Of a stretch of DNA of 64,000 nt, positions 11,439 through 22,934 are shown piece by piece. This DNA is from Squalus acanthias (taxonomy: Eukaryota): contig CM059438.1 in NCBI GenBank assembly GCA_030390025.1, positions 89,900,001 to 89,964,000 on the forward strand, in the 5' to 3' direction. A program made the position numbers and the translations under genes. The first letter of the stretch is position 1, and each line of letters opens with the position of its first letter. The notes under the pieces are model-generated. The model ran no database searches, was not told where the DNA came from, and saw only the letters and a program-made list of their open reading frames with translations.

Positions 11439-12320
11439 GCGCCATTTAAAAGCTTACCCTGGTCAAATCTGACAAAAATCCCATCCATCCAGATAGAGAT
11501 TTTATCATCAGCTGTGTGACTGCATATTTATACCCAAACTATTCATTTCATATACCTGCTACCAGGCTAGTTTGTTAGAAGATAAGATTTTAATAGTAAG
11601 TCATATATATTTTCAAAAATCAGTGCATACCCATTAGGTGTACATCTGAGCCCCTTGGTAGAGATAGCTAAGTAACGAGCCTTTCAGGATAATAAAACAT
11701 GGAGATAATTTTATACCAGATGTTTCCATTCAGCAATGTGACAGTGTTACAACAGATGAAGCGCTCTGCTGGTAATGAGGTCACAACCCACCGATGGTTC
11801 ATGGGGATTACATTTATGAACAGCATAATAGCTAACTGCCTGTGCCAACAGCCACAATCCAACAATGGCCCTATTGTAAATGAACATACTACCCTTAAAC
11901 AGTAATCTGAAATGGGGGATACAGCAACAATGAAATACAATACCATTCTCCCTGGTTCCCCCATTCACTGGCCCCCACTTCCCACAGGTGGGTTCCTAAC
12001 CTGTGCGCCACACGAGGGGCAGGCTCCTCAACTCCAAGTGGAATAACCCGCACGTACCACAAGTCCTTCTATGCTGTGAAAAGGCAAGTCAGCAGCTCTA
12101 CGACACTTAAGCACACAGTATTTCAGTTTCTCAATGTTGGCTGAGTTGTTATTCTCAACCGAGTTGCAGCAGTGTTAGACGATACTTTTTGTCAATGGTC
12201 CCAGGGATCCCTGATTCAGCGTGCATCATGGCTATAATTATATCATACAAGCTGGCATGCAATCCAGTTCATCCTATTCCAGAGATCTACCATCACTTCA
12301 ACTTAAGTTCACCATCCAAT

Positions 12321-12340
12321 TGTGTGTGTGTGTGTGTGTG
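12321..12340 (+). repeat. (TG)10 microsatellite
   Basis: Direct reading. Confidence 0.95.
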
Positions 12341-13094
12341 TTATTTTGGGAGCATGTGAAACACCACGTGTTCCTGACCAGCTAGTGCACGGAGCAGGAA
12401 GCTTGCACACAGGCTGTTAAAATGACTGGAGCAGAAAACCACAAATTGCACTCTACAGGTGTTTAAACTAGGCCATAAAACTGTTTCAAAATGCAGCGCA
12501 GAATGGCAGATTTGAGGGAGAGAAATGCCTGTGCAGTGTCAGTGACTCCCAGGGGTTGTGAACGTACTATTAATCACAAAATAAAGGCAGTTAACAGATT
12601 AGCACTTACAAATGAGCCACTGTGCAAGTGCAAGGAACAAAACTACACAAAGATAAAGTATTACACTAGGCAGAAGAGATTTCTGCACACATGAGAAAAT
12701 GAATCAGAATTGGCTGCTGCATGGAACATAAACTGAAGAAATGTCCGTAAGGGTATAAACGATTAATTCAGTAAAATGAAACTAATCCCATGGATACTAT
12801 TATTAACGGCTCAGGATTATAACACAATTGTTCCAAACCTCTCATTTAAACTGCCTAGGGCAGTTTCCTGTGCAACTGATTTCAGTGTTTGATTGTGCCA
12901 AGGACGAACAAGATTTTAAATTTCACATTTAAAAAAAAACTAACATTTTGGAATCTGAAAACAATTCTCTTCAACCAACTAGAGCTATAACTGCTGAGTT
13001 CATATACAAGTTAAAAATTTGACATCAGTCTTCCATGACAGCAGTGCGAGAACCTTCTTGATCCTGGATCCAGTGAGCAGACCTGCTGCTGTAA

Positions 13095-13295
13095 CAATTC
13101 CATCCCTTCACTCCTGAAGGGGTTACCCCAGGCTGGGGCACTGTTCCATGGCACCGCAGTGACTTACTCAAGTGGCCATTCTTCATACAAGCAGAAAGGC
13201 TATTCCACCATAATAGACACCACAGTGGAGCCTTTACAAGGGGGGGGAGGGGAATTACAGGATAACAATCAAGAGCAGGAACCCTGGTTGGTGGG
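13095..13295 (-). mobile_element. Older SINE-like family B, 3' part
   Basis: ctcctgaagg...gttccatgg...caagtggccattcttcat...gagcaggaaccctgg blocks shared with 41385-41750, 60200-60580, 62510-62775. Confidence 0.6.
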
Positions 13296-13912
13296 AGGGG
13301 AGATGGGGAAGGGGGAGAAAGAGACAGAAACCAACCGTTGCATCCCAACAGCCACCCAGGCTAACACAGATTGAACATGGGACTGTCACACTTGCATCGC
13401 TCAGTTCCTCTTTGGGAAGTGTAGGAGCGAGAACGAGTTGACTGGGCTTTGGTAAGGGGATGAGAAGAGACAAATGCACAGGGATCAGAGGAATTCCTTG
13501 CTTCAGAAACACCAAAAATCTCAGAAGACATACCCAGGCAAACTATTACCCAACATGGACCTGGATCTGATGGACAGCAATACCACCGTCGGAGATGACC
13601 AAAGATTGGGGTTGACAACAAAAATAAATTCTCGTCAAAGACTGAAGCAATTGCTTGAAGATTACAAATTGATTGCATTTACATTTTACACATTTGCCAT
13701 CACGTCCCTGCCAGGTCTAAAGACACCAGAATTAAAAAAGCACTCGAGTTTGGTCACAAAATGCTGTGAAGTAAGCAATCTTGTACACTGAATAATGTTG
13801 GTATTGTACAATATTAAAGCTGCAGTGCCCCCAGCTCCTTGCAACCTTTCAACACAGCTCCTTCAACTGCTAGCAAAGGTACGTCTGAAAATGCTGTGAA
13901 ATATCGTTTGGC

Positions 13913-14128
13913 TCTCTTCACTCAGAGGGTGGTGAATCTTTGGAATTCTCTGCCCCAGAGGGCTGTGGATGCTGAGTCGTTGAGTATATCCAAGGTTGAG
14001 ATAGAGATATTTTTGGACTCTAGGGGAATCAGGTGGGAAAATGGAGTTACGGTTTAAGATCAGCCATGATCTTACTGAATGGCGGAGCCAGCTCGAAGGG
14101 CCTACTCCTGCTCCTATTTCTTATGTTA
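13913..14128 (+). mobile_element. CR1 3' end fragment
   Basis: FTQRVVNLWNSLP and terminal ctcctatttcttatg. Confidence 0.9.
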
Positions 14129-15339
14129 TGTACTTAAAAAGATGAAGTGAAAAATATGCAAGTTTTCACAGCAGTGGTCTGGATTGGAAATCTTCAGTTT
14201 GTCCGATTCAAAATCTGTGATTGGCGAGAACCAGAGGGTGAGGTGTGGGACAAGCTGAGAATTCAGCAATCCCATTCTTGAAATGTTCACCACAAAAACC
14301 TGAACACTGTCTTTTTAGATGAGGCTACACAAGTTTAATAAAATTTCCTCCCATGCTTTAGTCTTACGGGGCACATTCCAAATGCAGACAAAAGACCAGG
14401 TGAACATCTCTCAAGTCTCTCTCACTGCTACTCTCTGGCAGCTACCAAGTGGCCTGTGCACACAACCCAGCAGCAACTCAGTTCCCCAACCCACAGCGTG
14501 GGGATCAAGACTTGGCGGGGCAAGGGACCGATCCTGTGTTTTTCTATATTGGTGCTCCAACCTACACTAGCAGCTGGATATTTAAAGGCCAGCATCTTTT
14601 GCGAGCCTTTACTTAAGACTTCAAAGGAAAATAATCATGCAAGAACTGAGAAGCACTGCCACTTTACAGGAAAGCTGGGAGCTCCAAACAACTTCGGATA
14701 CAAAAGACACTCCAGTTGCATTTCATGACTCCCTAACCGTGAAATCAGGACCCGTCAATAAAAATGAGAACACATTTGGCAGTGATTAAACAGCAGCATC
14801 TAATGCGCTCGGTTTCTTGTTGATTTGAGGGGTGTCGGGGAATGGGGGTGGGAAGGGGGCGAAGAACGAAGCAATATTTTTTTTCCTCCGAAAAAACATT
14901 TTCATGCATTTCAGCCGGTAGCAAGCAGCACAATGGCCGGCACTGAAGAGGCCATCACAGGTCTCCCCAGAGCACTCTGCAGCTGGTGGTCTGGAGATTG
15001 AATTCACACAATTTGAAGAGTCCACCTTGCAGACAGGACGTTTAAAAATGGAGACTGGAAAGAAAAAGAAAGTTGAAATTGTAACAGAAGGACTAATTTG
15101 CAGGGTTACAGGGAAAAAGCTGCGGTCTAGGACTAAATTGGACAGCTCTTTCAAAGAGTTGGCACAGGCACGACGGGCCGAATGGCCCCCTTCTGTTAAG
15201 ACTCTATGATTCTAAGGATACAGACAAACCTCAGATTTTCTTCCCTTACCCTCTGCTTGACTCGTGTTGTGGAACAATTTCAAAAAGTTGCACCGACCAA
15301 TCTTCACGTTACTGCTTAAACAGCGAGCATCAATGGATC

Positions 15340-15590
15340 ACGGGAACCGTCACAACCAAGTCCAATCCTATTCTTAACCAACCTGCACACTTCCAGTAGG
15401 GGGGGGGGGGGGGGATGGGGGGGATGTGAAAAAATGCTCAGGAGCAGGAACCTTGGCCAGATTAACCCTTTCCTAATTTGGAAAGGCAGAGTCAAATTAT
15501 AGCGACTCTAGCGTTACCCTATGGATTGAACTGGGGGACTTTCCCCAATCTGTATAGCTCAGTGCCACAGTAGCCACTGGGGGAGCTCGT
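15340..15590 (-). mobile_element. Older SINE-like family B, 5' part
   Basis: cacttccag...caggagcaggaacc...gtatagctcag...agccactggggga, similar to 41520-41750. Confidence 0.55.
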
Positions 15591-17186
15591 TTTTTTGAAA
15601 AAAAACTTTGCCATAGCTTTTCTTTTAAAACCCACATTGCTCGTTCATGTGATTGACGCTTTTGAAATTTAAATCTCGATGAAGAACTCCTTTAATATGT
15701 AGAATAAATAATTGAACAAAGCTGGAAGTGAAAGTGGATCCATTTCAAATGGACAGCAGATTCCCGTGTAGAACCTTACATGGAACTAGATTTTATAGAT
15801 TTAAGAATACAGTCTGTAGTGCGTTGCGAAATCTTGAGTGAAAGGGTTAGTTTTTAAACTAAATGGAAAAGGTACATATAAACACCACACACATTTACAC
15901 ACTTAAAAAAAAAAAGGAATCCCACAGCTCGAGAGCTAGGTGGCCAAAGACTAAATCACATTGGTGCAAACTTATTGGATCTACTGCCCATCTCCGTGAA
16001 GATCAATTCTGCCCTCATGCCACACAAAGAAATTGTGCAGTGGAAAACTGTTGAGCCCTTGATGTAGAAGTTAATTTGAAATGCCTCCATTTCCAGCTTT
16101 TAGTCTTCAAGTTCCTTTTATCCTGCGCGTGTTCACAACAGGGCTCTTCAGGAAGGTGGCTAGCATTTGGCCTCGGGGCACGGCAAGGCCATCTTAAATC
16201 AGCGCCAGAGAATATCGGCAACCAGGAGATGGCACAAGTCATCAGCAGGCGTGGACCCCAGCAGCAACCACAAAAAAAACCCTCTACATCAATAGCTCAG
16301 GAATCCTTTTCCTTGCCTTTTGAAGAGCTTGGACCCTGAAGGGCTTCTGTCCTTCACACAGGCTACAAATGGCATCGAGAGGGGCGGGGGAAGGGAGCAT
16401 TTAAACATAAAAGGCTGTAGAAGGACAAGGAAAAAAAATCTGAGAGACTTGGCCGCAGTCACAGGACAAGACCCTTCAAAAGGAAGGTCAGGACCAACTA
16501 CAGGTCCCACCTGCTAAAGGCGACAAAAGATCCTTCATGTTTTTTGTTTCAAAACAGAACTCTAATATTCAACAAGTTATTGATTCCGAACGAACGAATG
16601 AAGCACCGAAATACTATGGATGTAACCATGCTTACAGTACAGAGAATGGAGTCATTTGAAACAGGTCTACGATTTCCTTGTTTAGAAAATTAGATTCTTC
16701 GGTTAGGATCACCCACAGAAATTAATAGTTCAGAAAGACAATTGCCACTGCCTCCTAAATAAAGCAAGCAAAGCTCTCCGGCATGGATTACATTCACAAG
16801 ATGTGTCGACATAAAAGTCAACATATAGTTTGTGCACAACAAATTGATGAGGCCACTTTAGGGCAGTATGAAAGCACTGCACATTACGCTCAAATATATG
16901 CTACTCAATATTAAAACTATACTTAGAAGCCATTTCAGGTCTGTCTGATCGCAAATGCTTACTGCCCTGATTTGCTGGTGACTGAGAAATGTCTAAAACC
17001 GACAACACCAGGAATTTTCCCAATATCTCCACTGCTCCTAGTTACACAGGTCTGATCTGAACAGCCACACAAAGCAAGTCTGCTGAACCATAAACCTCCA
17101 ACAATCAAAAATATTAGTGAAAACTGATTAATGCACATCCCTTCAACAAAGCAGTCTTTCAATTCCTGCAACTAATTTGGGCTCTT

Positions 17187-17565
17187 TTCACTAGAACAGA
17201 AAAGGTTAAGAGATCTGATAGGGCCATTCAAAGTTATGAGAAGTTTTGATGAGGTAAATCTGGAAAAACATTCCACTGGTTGGCGAGTCAGTAACTAAAG
17301 GGCATAAAGTTACGATCACCAGCAAAAGGATGAAGGGAGAGATTAGGAGAATTAATTTTTTTTTTTTTTTATATAGAGCTTTAGGACACAATGCTCTACC
17401 AGAAACAGCGGTGGAAGCAAAATTCAAAACATTTGAAAAGGAAATATTTAAAAGGGTGTGGGGAAAAGGGCAGGGAAATTCGACCAAGTGCGTTGCTCTT
17501 TTAGAGAGCCAGCACAGGCACTATGGACCCCACGGCCTCCTTCTGTGGTGCAAAATTCTATGATT
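17187..17565 (+). mobile_element. CR1 3' fragment, second subfamily, diverged
   Basis: ggcataaagttacgat...gagagccagcacaggc...cctccttctgtg...attctatgatt. Confidence 0.75.
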
Positions 17566-18812
17566 ATTTCTACAAGCTGGATTTTAACACAAATACAAAT
17601 CACGTCTAACACATCCGATCTTCATTATAGAGAGAGCACAAAACTGGCCATAACAAGCAACTTATGAAACAAACTGCACAGCAGTTAATAAAATAAGCGC
17701 CCCCCGCTACCCCACCCCTCTTTCCACATCCCCATCTAACGTTATAATCTAGTTTTTCCTCCCCCGCCCACTGCTCCACAGACATACACTGTTCAAGCTG
17801 TCAAAAGGTGCAAAGCATGCGAGAAGGGATTTTTTTTTTTAAATATAAATGGGACTGCTCACCAGATGATTAAGCCAAAACTCATAGGGCATTAACCTCA
17901 CAGCACTGCTGCAGCAGCAAGCCTGACTTCTGGTGGCTGAGCGCCAAAGCAAGAGAGGCAACTGCAGCCCCCGGAGACATCAAATCCCATCCGAAGAAAT
18001 ATTCCCCCGACACATCTAGCGGCAGCCGCAATGGAAAGTGCCGCTGTCGCCGCCATCCCCTGGCCACAGGACAGGCAAGTAATGGGGTGCTCTGCTCGCT
18101 GGCCTACACACACCTTCCTGGCTAGAAGTGAGAAACACAATCTGCATGCAGGGTCACTGGTGGTGCTGTGGGATCAGCTGTGCCATGTAAATAAGGCAGA
18201 TCCCACCGCACTGACAGTCACCCCCCCCCCAACCACATATTGGCGCTGCTTCCAGCTGCAGTTCTGTAATAGAAATACACCACGGAGCAGCAGGACTGGA
18301 CTCGAGTCTGCAATTCCCTGCTCTCTGCATGTTCCTATTTTCGGTTGATTGGACTGGGGTACTGACCAGAGGTCATCCCTGTACATTACCCCTCCCCGCC
18401 CCAAGAAAAAGGTAGAACTCAGGTGAGCAAGTTACCCGAGTCACTCGTGTATTTCCAAATCACTGCTTATAAAGCAGTGCTGGAAGTGTCCTGTGCAGAT
18501 TGTCTGTTCTATTGCCCAGAGAACTGCAAAAGCTGTGGACTATTAGCAAAGTTACGGGGAAGCCCGACCAAAGCAAGGTTACAAGGGCCTAACTGAGGGA
18601 GGAAAGGGAGAGACAGAGACACAGAGACGGGGGAGTGGAAGGAGCAAGATGGGGCAAGGGAAAGGCAGAAAGAAACAGGAAAGAAAAAATAGGCGAGAAA
18701 GAAAAGGGAATAAAATATTTCCCTATTCCACAAAAGCTGCTTTCTGCAAATACCCTTTGAGAAGTCAACTCAAACGCCACTTACAAAATATCAGTCCAAG
18801 AAAAGTGCATAC

Positions 18813-18881
18813 CAAGTATTTTGTAGTAATCCTCCCAGGCTTTGGAATAATCCAGCTGACCACTTTGGCCACCATTCTGAT
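18813..18881 (-). CDS. FUBP3: FUBP3 exon 17 (69 nt): DQNGGQSGQLDYSKAWEDYYKIL, Tyr-motif
   Basis: cccacag|ATC...CTTG|gtatgc; YSKAWEDYYK motif as in human FUBP3. Confidence 0.93.
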
Positions 18882-18979
18882 CTGTGGGCAGGTTTAAAAA
18901 AATTACATTTCACAAACTGATTATCAAATACATATTTCAAAAAAAAGGTCAGATCTTTCGCAAATCAAAAGCAGCCCAG

Positions 18980-19129
18980 CAATGTTCCCCCTAAGGTGTG
19001 TGGTCGCATGGCCGCACATCAATCGGGAGGTCCCGCGCAGGCCGCTCACAAGCTGTTGCTGCTGGAAGATACCGCGCAGCAAATTTAAAGGGACCGCGCA
19101 CGGGAGAAAAAAAATTAGAGGGAATATTG
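18980..19129. mobile_element. hAT-like MITE
   Basis: TIRs caatgttcccc-taa / ttagagggaatattg; same family as 45230 and 61588 copies. Confidence 0.75.
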
Positions 19130-21934
19130 AGCCCCGCAGAGCACTAACGTGCAGTTAGCAAGTGCTCCTCACTAACGTTTGCTCAAGATTCATAATCCCA
19201 ACCAAGTTTTGCTCGAGGACAACTCAGACCGTACCCCTCCCGCACAAATCGGGTTAGATTCCTACTTCATTTTATGGTCTACTGATTGCAGCGGCGAGGG
19301 GGGCGTTCTGCCATATTCTACTCCCCTCAATGAAATATTCATTTCTTCTGCTATCTATAACCAAGTTACACCTGATGACGCAACATGCTGTACCACAGAA
19401 TGACAGGTGCAATCCTACGATTTCCACACACAGGAAATTCCTAATTTAATACTTGGCATTATCGATTGTTCCCGAGAGTTCCCAATCGCAGTCGCGTCAG
19501 ACAGAGGCAGTGAGCAAAGACCATGCGCTCCCAGACTGGCGAAAAATAATTTCCACAGCAGCAAAGGTCTGCACTCTTAAAAGATAACTCTTCTCCCTCC
19601 CAAACTGTCTAAATTGTATGGTCTTCCAACTTTTTTTGGGGGGGGGGGGGGGGGTGAGCGGGAAGAGGAGAAAGAGACTGTATTCTAAAATGAAGTATTT
19701 ATTTGTTGTCCCTGATCATATTACACTAAGTAGTGCAACATCTGAGCAGATTCCAGTTGATACCATTGGAGACTTTATCTTGCAGTCCAGATACATACAC
19801 ATATCCCGCTCGACCTCTTTGCCTGTCAAATTTTACAAGAAGATTAGGCATCTCTACCAATGAGCCACTATCCTGCATGAAACAGTGAAGAAATACAGCA
19901 GGTGCAGCCACAAAGCTGTTACTGAACTTTGCAGGTGGGGCGAGGGAAAGAGAAGAGGTCCTGAATTTTGAGGAGGGGGTGAAGAGGGGAGAAGAGGAGG
20001 CAGAGACTCATTGCAATTTGTAGGACCACATTTAAAATCGTTTAGAAGCACCAACAGAAATCCCACGTTGAATTCTAGACCTTTATACCATTTGGAAGTG
20101 CATGGTACCACACAACATTTTGACTTCAGTGGAAAGAGGCTCTTCAAGACGATTCACATAATGGTAGGGCAGATCAGGAAAATGGCGAAGCACAATAGTT
20201 ATGTTCTGTCCAAAACCGAACAGGCCAAATGAAGGTAGAAGAGCAATTCCCTGTATTTTTGGAGGAGCAGAGGGTGGGGTTCGAGGCACAACTGACCTTA
20301 ATTTCAGAACTCTCTTTGGGAAAACTGCAGCGACAAACTCGAACTCACTCAGTCACTCTATGGAACTCCAATACAGCACATGAATTAGCAAGGATCACCA
20401 ATCAGCAGTGCACAAATCACCCTGTAACAAAGCTCAGTAACGAACACCTTCTGTGCTCAAGGTATTTTCCCTACACGTCAAAAGTACATTATTGGCTGTA
20501 CGGCGTTTTGGGACGTTCCAAGGCGCTATATAAATACAAGTCTTTTTCTTTCTTTTCCTCCACCCCAACATCAGTGTGCAAACATCAAAATATTCGTAGC
20601 ATCAGTGAGCTTTTGAATGGAAACCACTCATTTGATAGAAAATATCCAGTGTGGAAGTTGGTTAAGAGGTTAGTAGTTAGAGAATGACTTGAGTAAAATA
20701 TTTTAATAAAAAGTTAGGAAAACCCTGCACTTGGCACCACAAAGCACAATTCTTGTACGAGTAAAGCTACATTTAATACGAGGTTTCGTGTTAAATTTGC
20801 AAAAAAAAAATCATGGCTCATTTTGAAAGTACACACATTAATAGGGCAGTAAACTGGTGCTCGTGTAAGTTATACCACTGACGAGGAGAATGATCCCGAC
20901 ATGAAATGATCTACTTGGAACAGGATTTCTGGAAAAACGAAGATTAAAAGCAACACATTTAAACCTTTACAGCACAGCCAGTTACCAGCCTTTGGCAGCT
21001 GAACCCTGTGTAGCCAGCATTGCACTGGGTGCTTTCTGAAGTCCCTCAGCCTGTGCTCCTCTGCAGTTCTTAGTGGTGACAGCTCGTTTGTTAACACATG
21101 CTAAAACTCAATGGTGTAGTTCAGAGTCCATGTCACTTGTGATCCTGGGCTGACAAGATCGGATTGGTTAAGTGTAGTTCACGCATTATTTTTTAACTGA
21201 TCTAGAGTTTGTTCTCAACAGGTTATATAAATTACAACTGGGACAAACCACTTTGGTCAGAAACTGAATTTTGAACCTTGAAAGGGGAGGGTCAGAAAGG
21301 GATTGCGCTCTAATTAGAAGCAAATAAAACAAAGCATTCCATTTGAGATTCATCTCAAATGAAGGATAGTTTCATTGGTCTTTCCGATCTGATTAACAAG
21401 CAACTAGCACAGATTACTGAGGATATAAGAAGCTCACCACAAAGGGAAACATACTGTACACAAGTTCAGAGGGAAAGATCGGTAGAATATATTGTTTATA
21501 CAACGGCCCATAACTTAATACTTCCAAAAGTCTTACGAGTGATTTAAAAACAAATTTGCCAATAACTAATTGTTCTTCACACAATACCCTAAAATAGCCA
21601 ACCTACAATACGACAGCCCAGAGTTGGATTCCAGTCTGCCATATTTTTCAAATGCTTGTATTTAACTACACAGCAACATAGCATGTAAACATACAGTACA
21701 ACACTTATTGACTGAAACTACACATTGTAGGAGCTCACATTTTGCAATAAGGGATATTTGGTGGTGGGCCAATTATTTTGTACCCATCCCCAGTAATATG
21801 CAAACCTGGGTCAGGAACAGCACAGAAATTCCCTCTACACTAACCCAACAATCTGCTTCAGCTCCCAATCTCAGAAGACCATCTCCCCTACTGTAACACT
21901 GAAATGTCCAATTCCCACATCCGGGATTCTTGGC

Positions 21935-22258
21935 CATTATAGAAATTTACGGCACAGGAGGCCATTCAGCCCATCGTGTCTGTGCCGGCCGAAAGAGAGC
22001 GATCCAGCCTAATCCCACTTTCCAGCTCTTGGTCCGTAGCCCTGTAGGTTACGGCACTTCAAGTGCATATCAAAGTACTTTTTAAATGCGATGAGGGTTT
22101 CTGCCTCTACCACCCTTTCAGGCAGTGAGTTCCAGACCCCCCACCACACACTGGGTGAAAAAAGTTCTCAACTCCCCTCGAATCCTTCTACCAATTGCTT
22201 TAAATGTATGTCCCCTGGTTATTGAACTCTCGAAGGGAAATAGATTCTTCCTATCCAT
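21935..22258 (-). mobile_element. CR1 3' fragment
   Basis: atagaaatttacggcacaggaggccattcagccc...cagtgagttccagacc...ctgggtgaaaaa. Confidence 0.8.
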
Positions 22259-22817
22259 TGCCAACTTAGTGGACAGTTTTATGCTGTGGACTTGCACACA
22301 CTAAAATAAATGTAAAAATCTAACAAAACAAGAACACTGGAAATATACAGCAGTCCATGAGCATCCGTAAAGAGGTTAACATTGATTGTGGACCCTTCAT
22401 GGTAAATAGAAATCAGAACTCCTTAATAAGACTGCATAAAACAATTTGGGGATGGGGGGGGGGGGGGGGAAGAGAACGAGAAAGAGAGACATACCAGTAG
22501 TTTGTGTTTTATTTCACATACTAGAAATTGTGTTGAGGCTATCCCAAACTCACAGCACCCTTAACAGATAGACAAACAGAAGACTTTCAACCCAAATGCT
22601 TGGTCTTGATTAGGACCGAGGTCTCAGATGAGAGGACAGTTTTAGAACACACAGGCCGTGTCCCCTAATTATTGGGGGGTAAAGTAGAGTTTTAATATTA
22701 GAAGCGATGTTGATTCTGGGACTGCACAGGTAATAACTGAAAAGTGCGGGGCGGCAGAAAGTGGAAGGTATTTGCCCGTATTGTTGAAAAAAAAAATTTC
22801 TCTTCACAAATACACAC

Positions 22818-22934
22818 CTGAATTTTGTTGCGAGTTCTGCCCCATTGTTGCTTGCTGTTGCTGGCTAGGCTGCTGGTAAAACTGGGAGATGTAGGCTGAC
22901 CAGGCTGCTGTACCCAAATGCTGTGCAGCTTTAC
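22818..22934 (-). CDS. FUBP3: FUBP3 exon 16 (117 nt, symmetric phase 1): SKAAQHLGTAAWSAYISQFYQQPSQQQQATMGQNSQQNS
   Basis: gtctag|GTAAA...TTCAG|gtgtgt; open in frame; resembles KHSRP SKAAA...AAWAAYYSHYYQQP and FUBP1 AAWAAYYAHYYQQQ. Confidence 0.82.

Noticed and set aside
13168-13231. 64-nt apparent poison exon (aaag|G...GA|gtaagt)
   Set aside because: Lies within a copy of SINE-like family B; splice-like sites most likely fortuitous.
14340-14365. TKAWEE peptide resembling a missing KHSRP-type Tyr-motif exon
   Set aside because: Followed by IL rather than YY, no splice sites, and context resembles decayed CR1. No additional Tyr-motif exon was found in the 18-kb intron; exons 17 and 18 join in phase.
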